From Candidatus Nomurabacteria bacterium RIFCSPLOWO2_01_FULL_41_12 (GTDB taxonomy: Bacteria > Patescibacteriota > Minisyncoccia > Phycocordibacterales > UBA9973), in NCBI GenBank assembly GCA_001787035.1, contig MFUY01000002.1:7355-47954 (forward strand): DNA of 40,600 bases, read 5' to 3'. Below are positions 31,295-39,942 of this stretch, in pieces. The stretch's first letter is position 1. Every line of letters starts with the position of its first letter. The notes under the pieces are model-generated. The model saw nothing but the letters and a program-made list of their open reading frames with translations. It ran no database searches and was not told where the DNA came from. A program made the translations under genes and the position numbers.

Positions 31295-31885
31295 ATGGAA
31301 AAGACAAAAGAAAAAAAGAATAATAATCGCAGAGGATCCTCTTTCGGACGAGCAAAGCCGGAGTTTGACCAGAAGATTTTAAATATTCGCCGCGTGACCA
31401 GGGTTGTCGCTGGCGGACGCCGGTTTTCCTTTAGCGTCGCTTTGGTGGCCGGGGATAAAAAGGGGTCTGTTGGTTTAGGCTTGGGAAAAGCGGGAGATAC
31501 GGCACTCGCGATAAATAAAGCAGTACGCAATGCCAAGAAAAATATGATAAGGTTAAAGTTGACAAAGACAATGTCTATTCCCCACGAGCTTTCTGCTAAG
31601 TTTTCAAGCTCACGAATTATTCTTTTGCCGAACAAGGGTCGCGGGCTGGTAGCTGGCTCGGTTATTCGCGATATAATAAAACTCTCCGGGATGAAGGATA
31701 TTACTGGGAAAATCGTGTCTAATAGCAAGAATAAATTAAACAATGCCAAAGCAGTCATGGAGGCTCTCTCTGTTATTTCTTCAAAATATGCAAAACCAGT
31801 AGTGGAAAACATTACCATAGTCCCGGTAGAAGTTCCTATCCCCGCAACATTTATTAAAGATGTAAAAGAGGAACCCCAGCAGTAG
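31295..31885 (+). CDS. rpsE: 30S ribosomal protein S5
   Basis: 196 aa. INRVTKVV-like RRVTRVVAGGRRFSFSVALVAGD, GLGLGKAGD. Confidence 0.95.
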   Translation: MEKTKEKKNNNRRGSSFGRAKPEFDQKILNIRRVTRVVAGGRRFSFSVALVAGDKKGSVGLGLGKAGDTALAINKAVRNAKKNMIRLKLTKTMSIPHELSAKFSSSRIILLPNKGRGLVAGSVIRDIIKLSGMKDITGKIVSNSKNKLNNAKAVMEALSVISSKYAKPVVENITIVPVEVPIPATFIKDVKEEPQQ

Positions 31886-31943
31886 AGCGAAGCTCACTAC
31901 GGGGCAAGAAAAAATAAATAAATAAAATTTCTGTAAAAAATAT

Positions 31944-32246
31944 ATGCAAATACATAATTTAAAAAGAACTCATAAAAATAAAAAAGATCGGCTGGTGGGC
32001 CGTGGTGGGAAGCACGCCAAGACTTCTGGCCGCGGAGGCAAGGGCCAAACGGCTCGCGCCGGTAACAAGCGCCGTCCGGAACTTCGTGATATCATTAAGA
32101 AATTGCCGAAGAATCGCGGGTACAGATTTAAGTCTGTTCGCAGGGCATTGGTTCTTTCAAAAGAGAAGCTTGCCTCTCCAGGTGAAAAGTTTTCGGATAT
32201 TCGCAAGCGCCTCGGAATAAAGGGCAAGAAGATAAAGATTAGATAA
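31944..32246 (+). CDS. rplO: 50S ribosomal protein L15 (short form)
   Basis: 100 aa. VGRGGKHAKTSGRGGKGQTARAG. It directly follows rpsE with no L30 gene between. Confidence 0.85.
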   Translation: MQIHNLKRTHKNKKDRLVGRGGKHAKTSGRGGKGQTARAGNKRRPELRDIIKKLPKNRGYRFKSVRRALVLSKEKLASPGEKFSDIRKRLGIKGKKIKIR

Positions 32247-32247
32247 A

Positions 32248-33519
32248 ATGTTGAATTTTTGGAACAAAATGAAATTAGTCTGGACGGATACTTCACTACG
32301 AAAAAGGGTATTCTTCGTGCTTTTTATATTGATATTGTTCAGACTGCTTTCGGCTATTCCTATTCCCGGCATCGATACATTGCAACTCAATCGATTTCTC
32401 TCTAACAATCAATTTTTCGGTATTTTAAATATATTCTCCGGAGGCGGGCTTTCCAACCTTTCCATTATAATGCTCGGTGTCGGTCCGTATATTACTAGCT
32501 CGATTATTATGCAGCTTTTGACCATTATGGTTCCGGCTTTAAAGAAAATTTACCACGAAGAAGGTGAGGCTGGCAGAAAGAGGTTTACCCAATACTCCAG
32601 ACTGCTTACTGTGCCTTTGGCCGGTCTTCAAGGCTTCGCTCTTTTGGCTATTTTAGAAAGCCAGAATATTTTAGTTAATCTGACGGCTTTTGACAGAGTG
32701 ACGAATTTAATTATTGTGGTTGCTGGGTCAATCTTGCTAATGTGGCTGGGCGAGCTTGTGTCCGAATTCGGCATCGGGAACGGCGTGTCGCTCATAATTT
32801 TTGCCGGTATTGTGGCGACTTTGCCTTCACAGGTCAGCCAGCTTGCCTTCACTTTTGATGTTTCTCAAGTTCCGCTTTATTTGATGTTTATGGTCGTGGG
32901 CGTCTTGGTCATTGCCGGCATTGTCCTTGTGACTGAAGCCGAACGCCCGATTCCCGTCACTTATGCCAAGCGTGTCAGGGGGATGAAAATGTACGGCGGC
33001 GGTTCCACTTATCTGCCGCTCCGGGTCAACCAAGCCGGAGTGATTCCGATAATTTTCGCTCTTTCCATCCTGCTTTTCCCGCAAATGATCGGCACTTTTT
33101 TGTCGCGCTTTGATAATGTGATAATTGCGAAAATTTCCAGCCTGCTTATTTCATTTACACAAACCTCAGTGCTTTATGCAATACTCTACTTTATTTTGGT
33201 ATTTCTTTTTACTTATTTTTATACGGCAGTCACTTTTGACCCCGAGGCGCTCTCCACCAACTTGCAAAAAAACGGTGCTTTTATTCCCGGTATCCGCCCG
33301 GGCGCGTCAACTTCCGACTATATTTCTAAAGTCTTGAGCCGTATCACGCTTCTCGGCGCTGTCTTTCTGGGCTTTATCGCTGTATTGCCTCTCATTATGC
33401 AATTTGCCACCGGGATAGCTGCTTTGGCGCTCGGTGGCACTTCAATCTTGATCGTCGTCTCTGTCGTCTTAGACCTGATGAAAAAAGTGGATTCGCAAAT
33501 CTCCATGCGAGAGTATTAA
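32248..33519 (+). CDS. secY: preprotein translocase subunit SecY
   Basis: 423 aa. IPIPGID, FSGGGLSNLSIIMLGVGPYITSSIIMQLL, RVNQAGVIPIIFA. Confidence 0.95.
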   Translation: MLNFWNKMKLVWTDTSLRKRVFFVLFILILFRLLSAIPIPGIDTLQLNRFLSNNQFFGILNIFSGGGLSNLSIIMLGVGPYITSSIIMQLLTIMVPALKKIYHEEGEAGRKRFTQYSRLLTVPLAGLQGFALLAILESQNILVNLTAFDRVTNLIIVVAGSILLMWLGELVSEFGIGNGVSLIIFAGIVATLPSQVSQLAFTFDVSQVPLYLMFMVVGVLVIAGIVLVTEAERPIPVTYAKRVRGMKMYGGGSTYLPLRVNQAGVIPIIFALSILLFPQMIGTFLSRFDNVIIAKISSLLISFTQTSVLYAILYFILVFLFTYFYTAVTFDPEALSTNLQKNGAFIPGIRPGASTSDYISKVLSRITLLGAVFLGFIAVLPLIMQFATGIAALALGGTSILIVVSVVLDLMKKVDSQISMREY

Positions 33520-33551
33520 AACTACTAGGCAAGACCTAGTCGAAAAAGATT

Positions 33552-34067
33552 ATGTCAAAAAAAGAAAAAATAGAAATAATAATGACAGGGGGAACAATAG
33601 ATTCCTCGTGGAATGGTATTAAAGATACAGCCATTGTAAATGCTCATTCCATAATCCCTGGTTATTTCAAGAAATTAATTATTTATCCGGAAATTAAATT
33701 TACTGAAATTTGTATGAAGGATAGCAGGGAAATAAACCAGGAAGATATTAAAAATATCTTGAAAAAAATTGAAAAAAGTAAAGCAAATAAAGTTCTTATA
33801 ACGCATGGTACATATACTATGCCTGATACAGCAAAATTTCTTGAAGCCAATTTAAAAAGAAAAGATCAAACTATTGTTTTCACAGGTTCCATGGTTCCCC
33901 TAGAAGGTGTTTATCCCACTGACGCAGGTTTTAATCTTGGTTTTGCCATTTCTAAAGTTCAAGAGCTTAAACCAGGGTTTTATATATGTATGAATGGTGA
34001 AACTTTTAGTCCTCAAGAAGTAGTAAAGAATTTAGGCGAAGGGAAGTTCTATTCCATATTTAGATAA
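33552..34067 (+). CDS. asparaginase N-terminal-domain protein (short form)
   Basis: 171 aa. IIMTGGTIDS and LITHGTYTMPDTA match the asparaginase/GatD-type N-domain motifs. Confidence 0.6.
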   Translation: MSKKEKIEIIMTGGTIDSSWNGIKDTAIVNAHSIIPGYFKKLIIYPEIKFTEICMKDSREINQEDIKNILKKIEKSKANKVLITHGTYTMPDTAKFLEANLKRKDQTIVFTGSMVPLEGVYPTDAGFNLGFAISKVQELKPGFYICMNGETFSPQEVVKNLGEGKFYSIFR

Positions 34068-34093
34068 GTTAGGAAATTATTTCCCAAGGAAAG

Positions 34094-34936
34094 ATGAAAA
34101 CCCCGGAATATCCAATTAAGAGAATAGAAAAATCTCCTCTTAAAAAAGTTGAACAAGCGCCTAATGTGCCTATTATTGATATTATTCGTCACGGGGACAC
34201 AGATTATAAACAAGGGCGGGGTGATGACTATAAAAGGGCGCAACTCAATACTAGTTTTCCTGGTTTCAAGTTAGATAGCGAGCATTTGGATTTAACGCGT
34301 GGGGGGATAATAACGATGAAGGAAGCGGCCCTTCAGCTAGTAAATATAATAGATAGAGCAAATGAAGTAGTTTTGATAATTAGTTCACCATCTCAGCGTG
34401 CGCATTCATCGGCATTAGTTGTGGAAAAGGAATTAAGAGATAACGGCATAAATATTTTAAATGGCACAGGGGAATTTAAATTCGCCGGGGCGTTAGATGA
34501 AGCCAGTTCACGATTAGATAAATTGCGTGATAAATATTATAGCAAAGAAGGCAATCCTAAAACTGACGAGGGCCACGTTGATATTAGAGACAAACGTCAT
34601 GAGGTTGAAGCCTTAGCTTTCCAACGATTTTTACGACATATGAATAATATTTATAAATGGCTGAAACCAGAAACCCTAGAAAAGATAAAAGGAAAAAGGT
34701 TAAGAATTGTATGTTTCACTCACGGCGAAATTACAGGTCATTTTATCCCTGAAGCTTTTCATTTCACAGCTGAAGGAGGCCATCAAAAAAGAAGTCAAAT
34801 TTTAGAAATTTTGCCTAAGTCTCAACTTATAGCAGGCAAAAAGATTACCACTAATGTAAAATTATATCCAACTAGAGAAAGGGACTCTGGAAAAGATGGA
34901 CAAATAACAAGAGGTTTTAAGCCGAAGAATAGCTAG
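34094..34936 (+). CDS. histidine phosphatase (phosphoglycerate mutase-like) family protein
   Basis: 280 aa. IIRHGDTDY (RHG motif), SSPSQRAHSSA, FTHGEI. Confidence 0.65.
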   Translation: MKTPEYPIKRIEKSPLKKVEQAPNVPIIDIIRHGDTDYKQGRGDDYKRAQLNTSFPGFKLDSEHLDLTRGGIITMKEAALQLVNIIDRANEVVLIISSPSQRAHSSALVVEKELRDNGINILNGTGEFKFAGALDEASSRLDKLRDKYYSKEGNPKTDEGHVDIRDKRHEVEALAFQRFLRHMNNIYKWLKPETLEKIKGKRLRIVCFTHGEITGHFIPEAFHFTAEGGHQKRSQILEILPKSQLIAGKKITTNVKLYPTRERDSGKDGQITRGFKPKNS

Positions 34937-35534
34937 GTGTATTTTTGTACCCCTCAATTGCTTTTAAGATATCTTTGGTAACTTTCGAGATAGATTGATT
35001 GCCGTTGATTGTTTTGAGCTTTTTTAGGCTTTTAAAATACTTTACGGTTTTGCCGACTTGGTCTTTATGCCATTTTATGCGAGTAACAATAAGCTTTTTT
35101 GTATCAAATACTTTATAGATTGCTTTCATATTTCCGACTTTGCGCAAGAGAGAGCGTTTATACACTTCTTTGTCTGAGAGAGTAATGTATAAAGCTAAAA
35201 AATCCTGATTTTGTGAGTAAAGAATTTTTTTTACAAGCTGGCCTTCCGGCTTGAGCCTAGGAGTACCCAGAAAGAGCAGGTCTTTGTTTTTTGGCTTGTT
35301 TTTTATTTCTCTAATTAAGAATCTTTGTAGCAAAACAGTCGGTAAAGGTTTGCCTTTTCCCGTGGTTCTCCTAGCCCAGTCGCCATTTTTACTTTTTTCT
35401 TTTAGGAGCTTGCGTGAATATACACCGGACTCAACAAATTTTAACGCATATTTCTTTTTTAGAATGTTGGCTTGGGTTTCTTTGCCGGAAGCTATCATTC
35501 CGAGAAGCACTATGTTAAATCCAAGTTTTTTCAT
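34917..35534 (-). CDS. adenylate kinase-like nucleoside monophosphate kinase paralog
   Basis: 205 aa. P-loop LLGMIASGKETQ, and LGTPRLKPEGQ corresponding to the DGFPR..Q region. Opposite strand to the surrounding cluster. Confidence 0.6.
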   Translation of the reverse strand: MKKLGFNIVLLGMIASGKETQANILKKKYALKFVESGVYSRKLLKEKSKNGDWARRTTGKGKPLPTVLLQRFLIREIKNKPKNKDLLFLGTPRLKPEGQLVKKILYSQNQDFLALYITLSDKEVYKRSLLRKVGNMKAIYKVFDTKKLIVTRIKWHKDQVGKTVKYFKSLKKLKTINGNQSISKVTKDILKAIEGYKNTPSYSSA

Positions 35535-35597
35535 AATAAAGCCATTCTATTACAAAATCCTTGATTATTCAAGCTAAATTTTGTATTGTTTAGATAT

Positions 35598-36194
35598 ATG
35601 CCAAATGAAAATAGTCAGACTTTCGTATTTTTTGGAATAGTGGGCTCCGGCAAAGGGACACAGGTGAAATTGCTGATGGATTTTTTAAAGACTCGTGACG
35701 GACGGGAGATAGTTTATGCTTACCCAGGTAATGAGTACAGGAAACTTATAGAGTCCGGTAGCTATACTGGTTCTTTGGTAAAAGGTCCTGTTTCTCGTGG
35801 TGAACTTCTTCCCGGTTTTTTAACTGACGCTATTGTTACAAATATTCTCATTTTATCTTTGACTCCAGAGAAACATTTGATTGCCGATGGATACCCTCGC
35901 GCAGTAGCCCAATCTATGAGCTTTGAAAAAATGATGGAGTTTTATAAACGGAAAGACATAAAGATTATTTATATTGAAGTAAAAAAAGAGGAAGGAATAA
36001 AGAGAAATCTTTTACGTGGTCGGCATGATGATACAGGAGAAGGTCTTGCCAAAAGATTTGATGAATATGTAAACAATGTAGTGCCAGCGATGAATTATTT
36101 TAAAGATAAAGAAAATTATAAGATTTATCCTATCAATGGCGAGCAATCAGTAGAAAATGTGCATAAAGATATTATCGAAGCTCTGGGGTTTTAG
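35598..36194 (+). CDS. adk: adenylate kinase
   Basis: 198 aa from the ATG at 35598. FFGIVGSGKGTQ, DGYPRAVAQ, RGRHDD. Canonical position before map. Confidence 0.8.
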   Translation: MPNENSQTFVFFGIVGSGKGTQVKLLMDFLKTRDGREIVYAYPGNEYRKLIESGSYTGSLVKGPVSRGELLPGFLTDAIVTNILILSLTPEKHLIADGYPRAVAQSMSFEKMMEFYKRKDIKIIYIEVKKEEGIKRNLLRGRHDDTGEGLAKRFDEYVNNVVPAMNYFKDKENYKIYPINGEQSVENVHKDIIEALGF

Positions 36195-36196
36195 CC

Positions 36197-36270
36197 ACTT
36201 GTCCCGTACTAAATTTTTGATTAAGATAAATGACCACTCTTAGTAACAATTTAAAATTTTAGTACTGGGA
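36197..36270 (+). repeat. Family A leader element, copy A4 (ends in the map ATG)
   Basis: ACTTGTCCCGTACTAAATTTTTGATTAAG...AAAATTTTAGTACTGGGA. Both boxes are identical to copy A2. Confidence 0.7.
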
Positions 36271-37052
36271 TGATAATTATTAAAACACCAGAAGAAATAG
36301 AAATACTGCGAAAAGGGGGCAGGCATCTGGCGGCTGTGCTTCATAAAGTAAAAGAGAAAATAAAACCAGGAATTTCCACGAAAGATTTGGATGATTATGC
36401 ATTTAAGTTAATTAATGAAATGGGCGACTCTCCCGCATTTTTGAATTATCGTCCAGCCGGCGCGAAAGTTCCTTTTCCTGCAAGTCTTTGTGTGTCTGTC
36501 AATGATGAAGTAGTGCACGGCATTCCAAACAAGGAAAGAATATTAAAAGAGGGTGACATTGTCGCGCTTGATTTAGGACTTAAGCATAAAGGGCTTTTTA
36601 CCGACATGGCATTTACGGTACCAGTAGGGAAAGTGAGTTCTAGCGCTCTTAAATTAATGGAGGTGACAGAGAAGGCACTGCAAGTGGGCATCAATGCGGC
36701 GCAAGCCGGCAATACGGTAGGGGACATCGGCCATGCCGTTGAGAGTTTTGTGCGTGCCCAAAAAAACAGCCAGCAGTACGGTATTGTAGAAGTTCTCTCG
36801 GGGCACGGAGTCGGACGCGCAATACATGAAGACCCCTATATACCCAACTTTGGGAAAAAAGGGAAAGGAGAAAAGTTAGTTCCGGGCATGGTCATTGCGC
36901 TCGAGCCGATGATAAATAACGGCACAAAAAATGTGACTTTGGACGATGACGGCTACACTTTCCGCACAGCTGACAGCAAAAACAGCGCGCATTTTGAGCA
37001 TACAATTTTGATTACCGAAAATGGGCCGGAAATTTTGACCAAAACTTTTTAA
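36270..37052 (+). CDS. map: type I methionine aminopeptidase
   Basis: 260 aa. VVHGIP, DIVALDLG, FTDMAFT, GHGVGRAIHE, ALEPM, FEHTILIT. Confidence 0.95.
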   Translation: MIIIKTPEEIEILRKGGRHLAAVLHKVKEKIKPGISTKDLDDYAFKLINEMGDSPAFLNYRPAGAKVPFPASLCVSVNDEVVHGIPNKERILKEGDIVALDLGLKHKGLFTDMAFTVPVGKVSSSALKLMEVTEKALQVGINAAQAGNTVGDIGHAVESFVRAQKNSQQYGIVEVLSGHGVGRAIHEDPYIPNFGKKGKGEKLVPGMVIALEPMINNGTKNVTLDDDGYTFRTADSKNSAHFEHTILITENGPEILTKTF

Positions 37053-37094
37053 AAAAATTTTAGCTTTTGTTTGTTTTGTTATATACTTATATCC

Positions 37095-39866
37095 ATGGAA
37101 CAGCCATTTTTTAAGGAAATGCCGAAGTTTAAGACTCCAGAAGAGGAGCTTGATTATTTGCGTGCTCATGTGGCTCGTCGCGAAGAGGAGCTTATTAAGA
37201 TTGGGCATATTGAACATGCGGGAGACAATGCGGCGCGGGACGTGGTGGGAGCATATAAGGAAGTGCCCGCGGAGGAGATATTGCACGAAAGTCATCTTTT
37301 AAATAAAAAGGAAACGGAAGGCATAGTTTTGGCGCTTAAGCCGGAATCCCACGATAATACAATGGAAGAACTTTTAGGTATTGTCATAACCAAAGGAGTT
37401 AAAAATGCGCTCTCGGTGGTAGAGGCTATGAATAACCCGCATATTGAAGATGATTTCCATAGGATTTTAATTCAGTACTTAAAAGCAGGCCAAGCGAACA
37501 TCCCCTTCAAAGAAGGTACTCCCATGCACAAGTCTCTCAATATGACGCTCTTTGAGATAACTCTTCCACCGCCCACCGATGAGGCTGATAAATCAAAGGG
37601 TTTCAAGGAATTTATCGGAGCGATGGAGCAGTTTTATGCCGGCATGCAATCCATTTCTTCGGATAAAAAAAATACAAAAGAAATTTATTTCACATTAGAA
37701 GTGGCTCTTGGTAATCAAAATGATGAGGTGGTTGTCTATGCGGGAGTTCCCAATAAGCATATTTCTCTTTTTGAGAAACAGATTTTGGCATTTTATCATA
37801 ATGCGAAAATCCGCGAGGTGACGGATGATTATAATATTTTTAATATGGACGGAGGGTCCACCGGAGCTTATGCGGTGCTCTCCGAGCGCGGAGTAATGCC
37901 AATCAAGACTTATGACAATATCGAGCATGATCCAATGAATACGATTCTCAATGTATTTTCCAAACTGCAGACTAAGGGTGAGGGCGCAGCGATCCAGCTC
38001 GTGGTAGCGCCCGCCGGCGAAAAATTTATCAATGAATTTCACATGATCTTGGATGATGTGAAAGACGGTATGTCTGTCAAACATGCGGCGGATAATTTTT
38101 ATAAATTTAACCGCGCATTTTTAGACGCAGGCAAGGAATTAATTTTTGGCAAAAAGAAAAAGGAGCCGGAGGGAAAAAATCCTGAAAAATACATGAAAGG
38201 CAGACGCGCGGTGGATGAAGGAGCAGCGGAAAAAATAGGCAATAAAATAAAAAGTAGTATTATGAAAGCCAATATCCGTGTTATTACATCAGGCGCGACG
38301 AAAGAGCGCGCAGAGGCTATTCTAAAAGAAATAGAATCTTCTTTCAACCAATTTTCCGAAGCGGCCAGCAACTCTTTTGTCTTTGAAGAAGCTCACGGAA
38401 GCTCTCTGAAGCAGCTTTTTCATGATTTTTCTTATCGTGCTTTTTCAACTGACAGGATTATACCGCTTAATTTAAAGGAGCTTGCTTCAGTCTTTCACTT
38501 TCCGGTCGGCATCGGCAGTCAGCCACAGTTGAAGGAGGCTAAAGCCGGTATTGCTCCAGCACCACTTGAGATGGGGCAAGAGGGGATAATCTTAGGAGTA
38601 AATAGTTACCGGGGCAAAGATACTGAAATCCACATGGCGCGTGAAGACCGCATGAGGCATTTCTATGTGATAGGTCAGACGGGAACAGGCAAAACAAATA
38701 TCATGCTCAATATGATTACGCAGGATATAATCTCCGGCGACGGTTGTTGTTATATAGACCCTCACGGCACTGATATACAGACCATCTTATCCCGTATTCC
38801 AAAAGAACGTATTGATGACGTTATTTATTTTGATCCAGCCTACACATCTCGCCCAATGGGGTTAAACATGCTTGAGTATGACACTAAATATCCGGAGCAG
38901 AAAACTTTCGTGGTAAACGAGATGATGGGAATTTTTAATAAACTTTTTGATATGAAAGTGGGAGGCGGGGCGATGTTTGAACAATACTTCAGGAATAGCG
39001 CATTTCTGGTGATGGAAGATCCGGAGTCCGGCTCCACCTTGCTTGAGATTACCAGGGTCTTGGGCGACAAAGAATTTCGAGACATGAAACTTGCCAAGTG
39101 TAAGAACCCTATCATTAAACAATTTTGGGTTTCTGCCGAGCAGACGACGGGGGATCAGTCTCTAGCGAACTTCGTGCCATATATTTCTTCTAAATTTGAT
39201 AATTTTATCAGCAACGACATTATGCGTCCGGTAGTGCTCCAGCAGAATTCTGTCTTTAACTTCCGAAAGATTATGGACGAGAAGAAAATTCTCTTGGTCA
39301 ATCTTTCCAAGGGCCGGCTGGGAGATATCAACGCGAACTTAATCGGTCTCGTCTTGGTGGGTAAAATCCAAATGGCGGCGCTTTCCCGAGTGGATATGTT
39401 TGGCAAGCCGATGAATGATTTTTATCTTTACATTGATGAGTTTCAAAATGTCACTACCGACTCCATCGCTTCTATTTTATCAGAGGCTAGAAAATACAGA
39501 TTATCGCTCAACATCGCGCATCAATACATCACTCAATTGGAGGAGAATATTAAAAATGCTGTCTTTGGAAATGTCGGATCAATGGCGGTCTTTCGCGTCG
39601 GCACTGAAGACGCGACATTTCTTGAACCAAAATTTAAAGAAAAATTTACAGCGCATGATATTACAAAACTAGATAATTACAATGCCTATGTGAGCATGCT
39701 TGTAAAAGGCCAGCCAACTAAACCTTTTAATCTGCATACTTTGGCTCCGGAGAAAGGCAATCCTGACATTGTGGATAGTCTAAAAGAACTTTCTTATGTC
39801 AAATACGGCCGCGACCGAGAAGAAGTGGAAGCTGAAATCATGGCGAGGTATACGTCTATGGAATAA
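37095..39866 (+). CDS. large soluble P-loop NTPase of the TraD/VirD4/VirB4-HerA (T4SS-type) superfamily with an unassigned ~500-aa N-terminal region
   Basis: 923 aa from the ATG at 37095. Walker A GQTGTGKT (38673-38696). Walker B-like FYLYIDEFQN (about 39420-39449). YIDPHG, ARKYRLSLNIAHQY. No TM segment seen. Confidence 0.6.
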   Translation: MEQPFFKEMPKFKTPEEELDYLRAHVARREEELIKIGHIEHAGDNAARDVVGAYKEVPAEEILHESHLLNKKETEGIVLALKPESHDNTMEELLGIVITKGVKNALSVVEAMNNPHIEDDFHRILIQYLKAGQANIPFKEGTPMHKSLNMTLFEITLPPPTDEADKSKGFKEFIGAMEQFYAGMQSISSDKKNTKEIYFTLEVALGNQNDEVVVYAGVPNKHISLFEKQILAFYHNAKIREVTDDYNIFNMDGGSTGAYAVLSERGVMPIKTYDNIEHDPMNTILNVFSKLQTKGEGAAIQLVVAPAGEKFINEFHMILDDVKDGMSVKHAADNFYKFNRAFLDAGKELIFGKKKKEPEGKNPEKYMKGRRAVDEGAAEKIGNKIKSSIMKANIRVITSGATKERAEAILKEIESSFNQFSEAASNSFVFEEAHGSSLKQLFHDFSYRAFSTDRIIPLNLKELASVFHFPVGIGSQPQLKEAKAGIAPAPLEMGQEGIILGVNSYRGKDTEIHMAREDRMRHFYVIGQTGTGKTNIMLNMITQDIISGDGCCYIDPHGTDIQTILSRIPKERIDDVIYFDPAYTSRPMGLNMLEYDTKYPEQKTFVVNEMMGIFNKLFDMKVGGGAMFEQYFRNSAFLVMEDPESGSTLLEITRVLGDKEFRDMKLAKCKNPIIKQFWVSAEQTTGDQSLANFVPYISSKFDNFISNDIMRPVVLQQNSVFNFRKIMDEKKILLVNLSKGRLGDINANLIGLVLVGKIQMAALSRVDMFGKPMNDFYLYIDEFQNVTTDSIASILSEARKYRLSLNIAHQYITQLEENIKNAVFGNVGSMAVFRVGTEDATFLEPKFKEKFTAHDITKLDNYNAYVSMLVKGQPTKPFNLHTLAPEKGNPDIVDSLKELSYVKYGRDREEVEAEIMARYTSME

Positions 39867-39942
39867 ATTTTGGTTATCCCCACTTATTTTCCTTTAAAGA
39901 AAAGGCTATTTTTGATATAATTAAGGTGTCCTAAAATACAAA

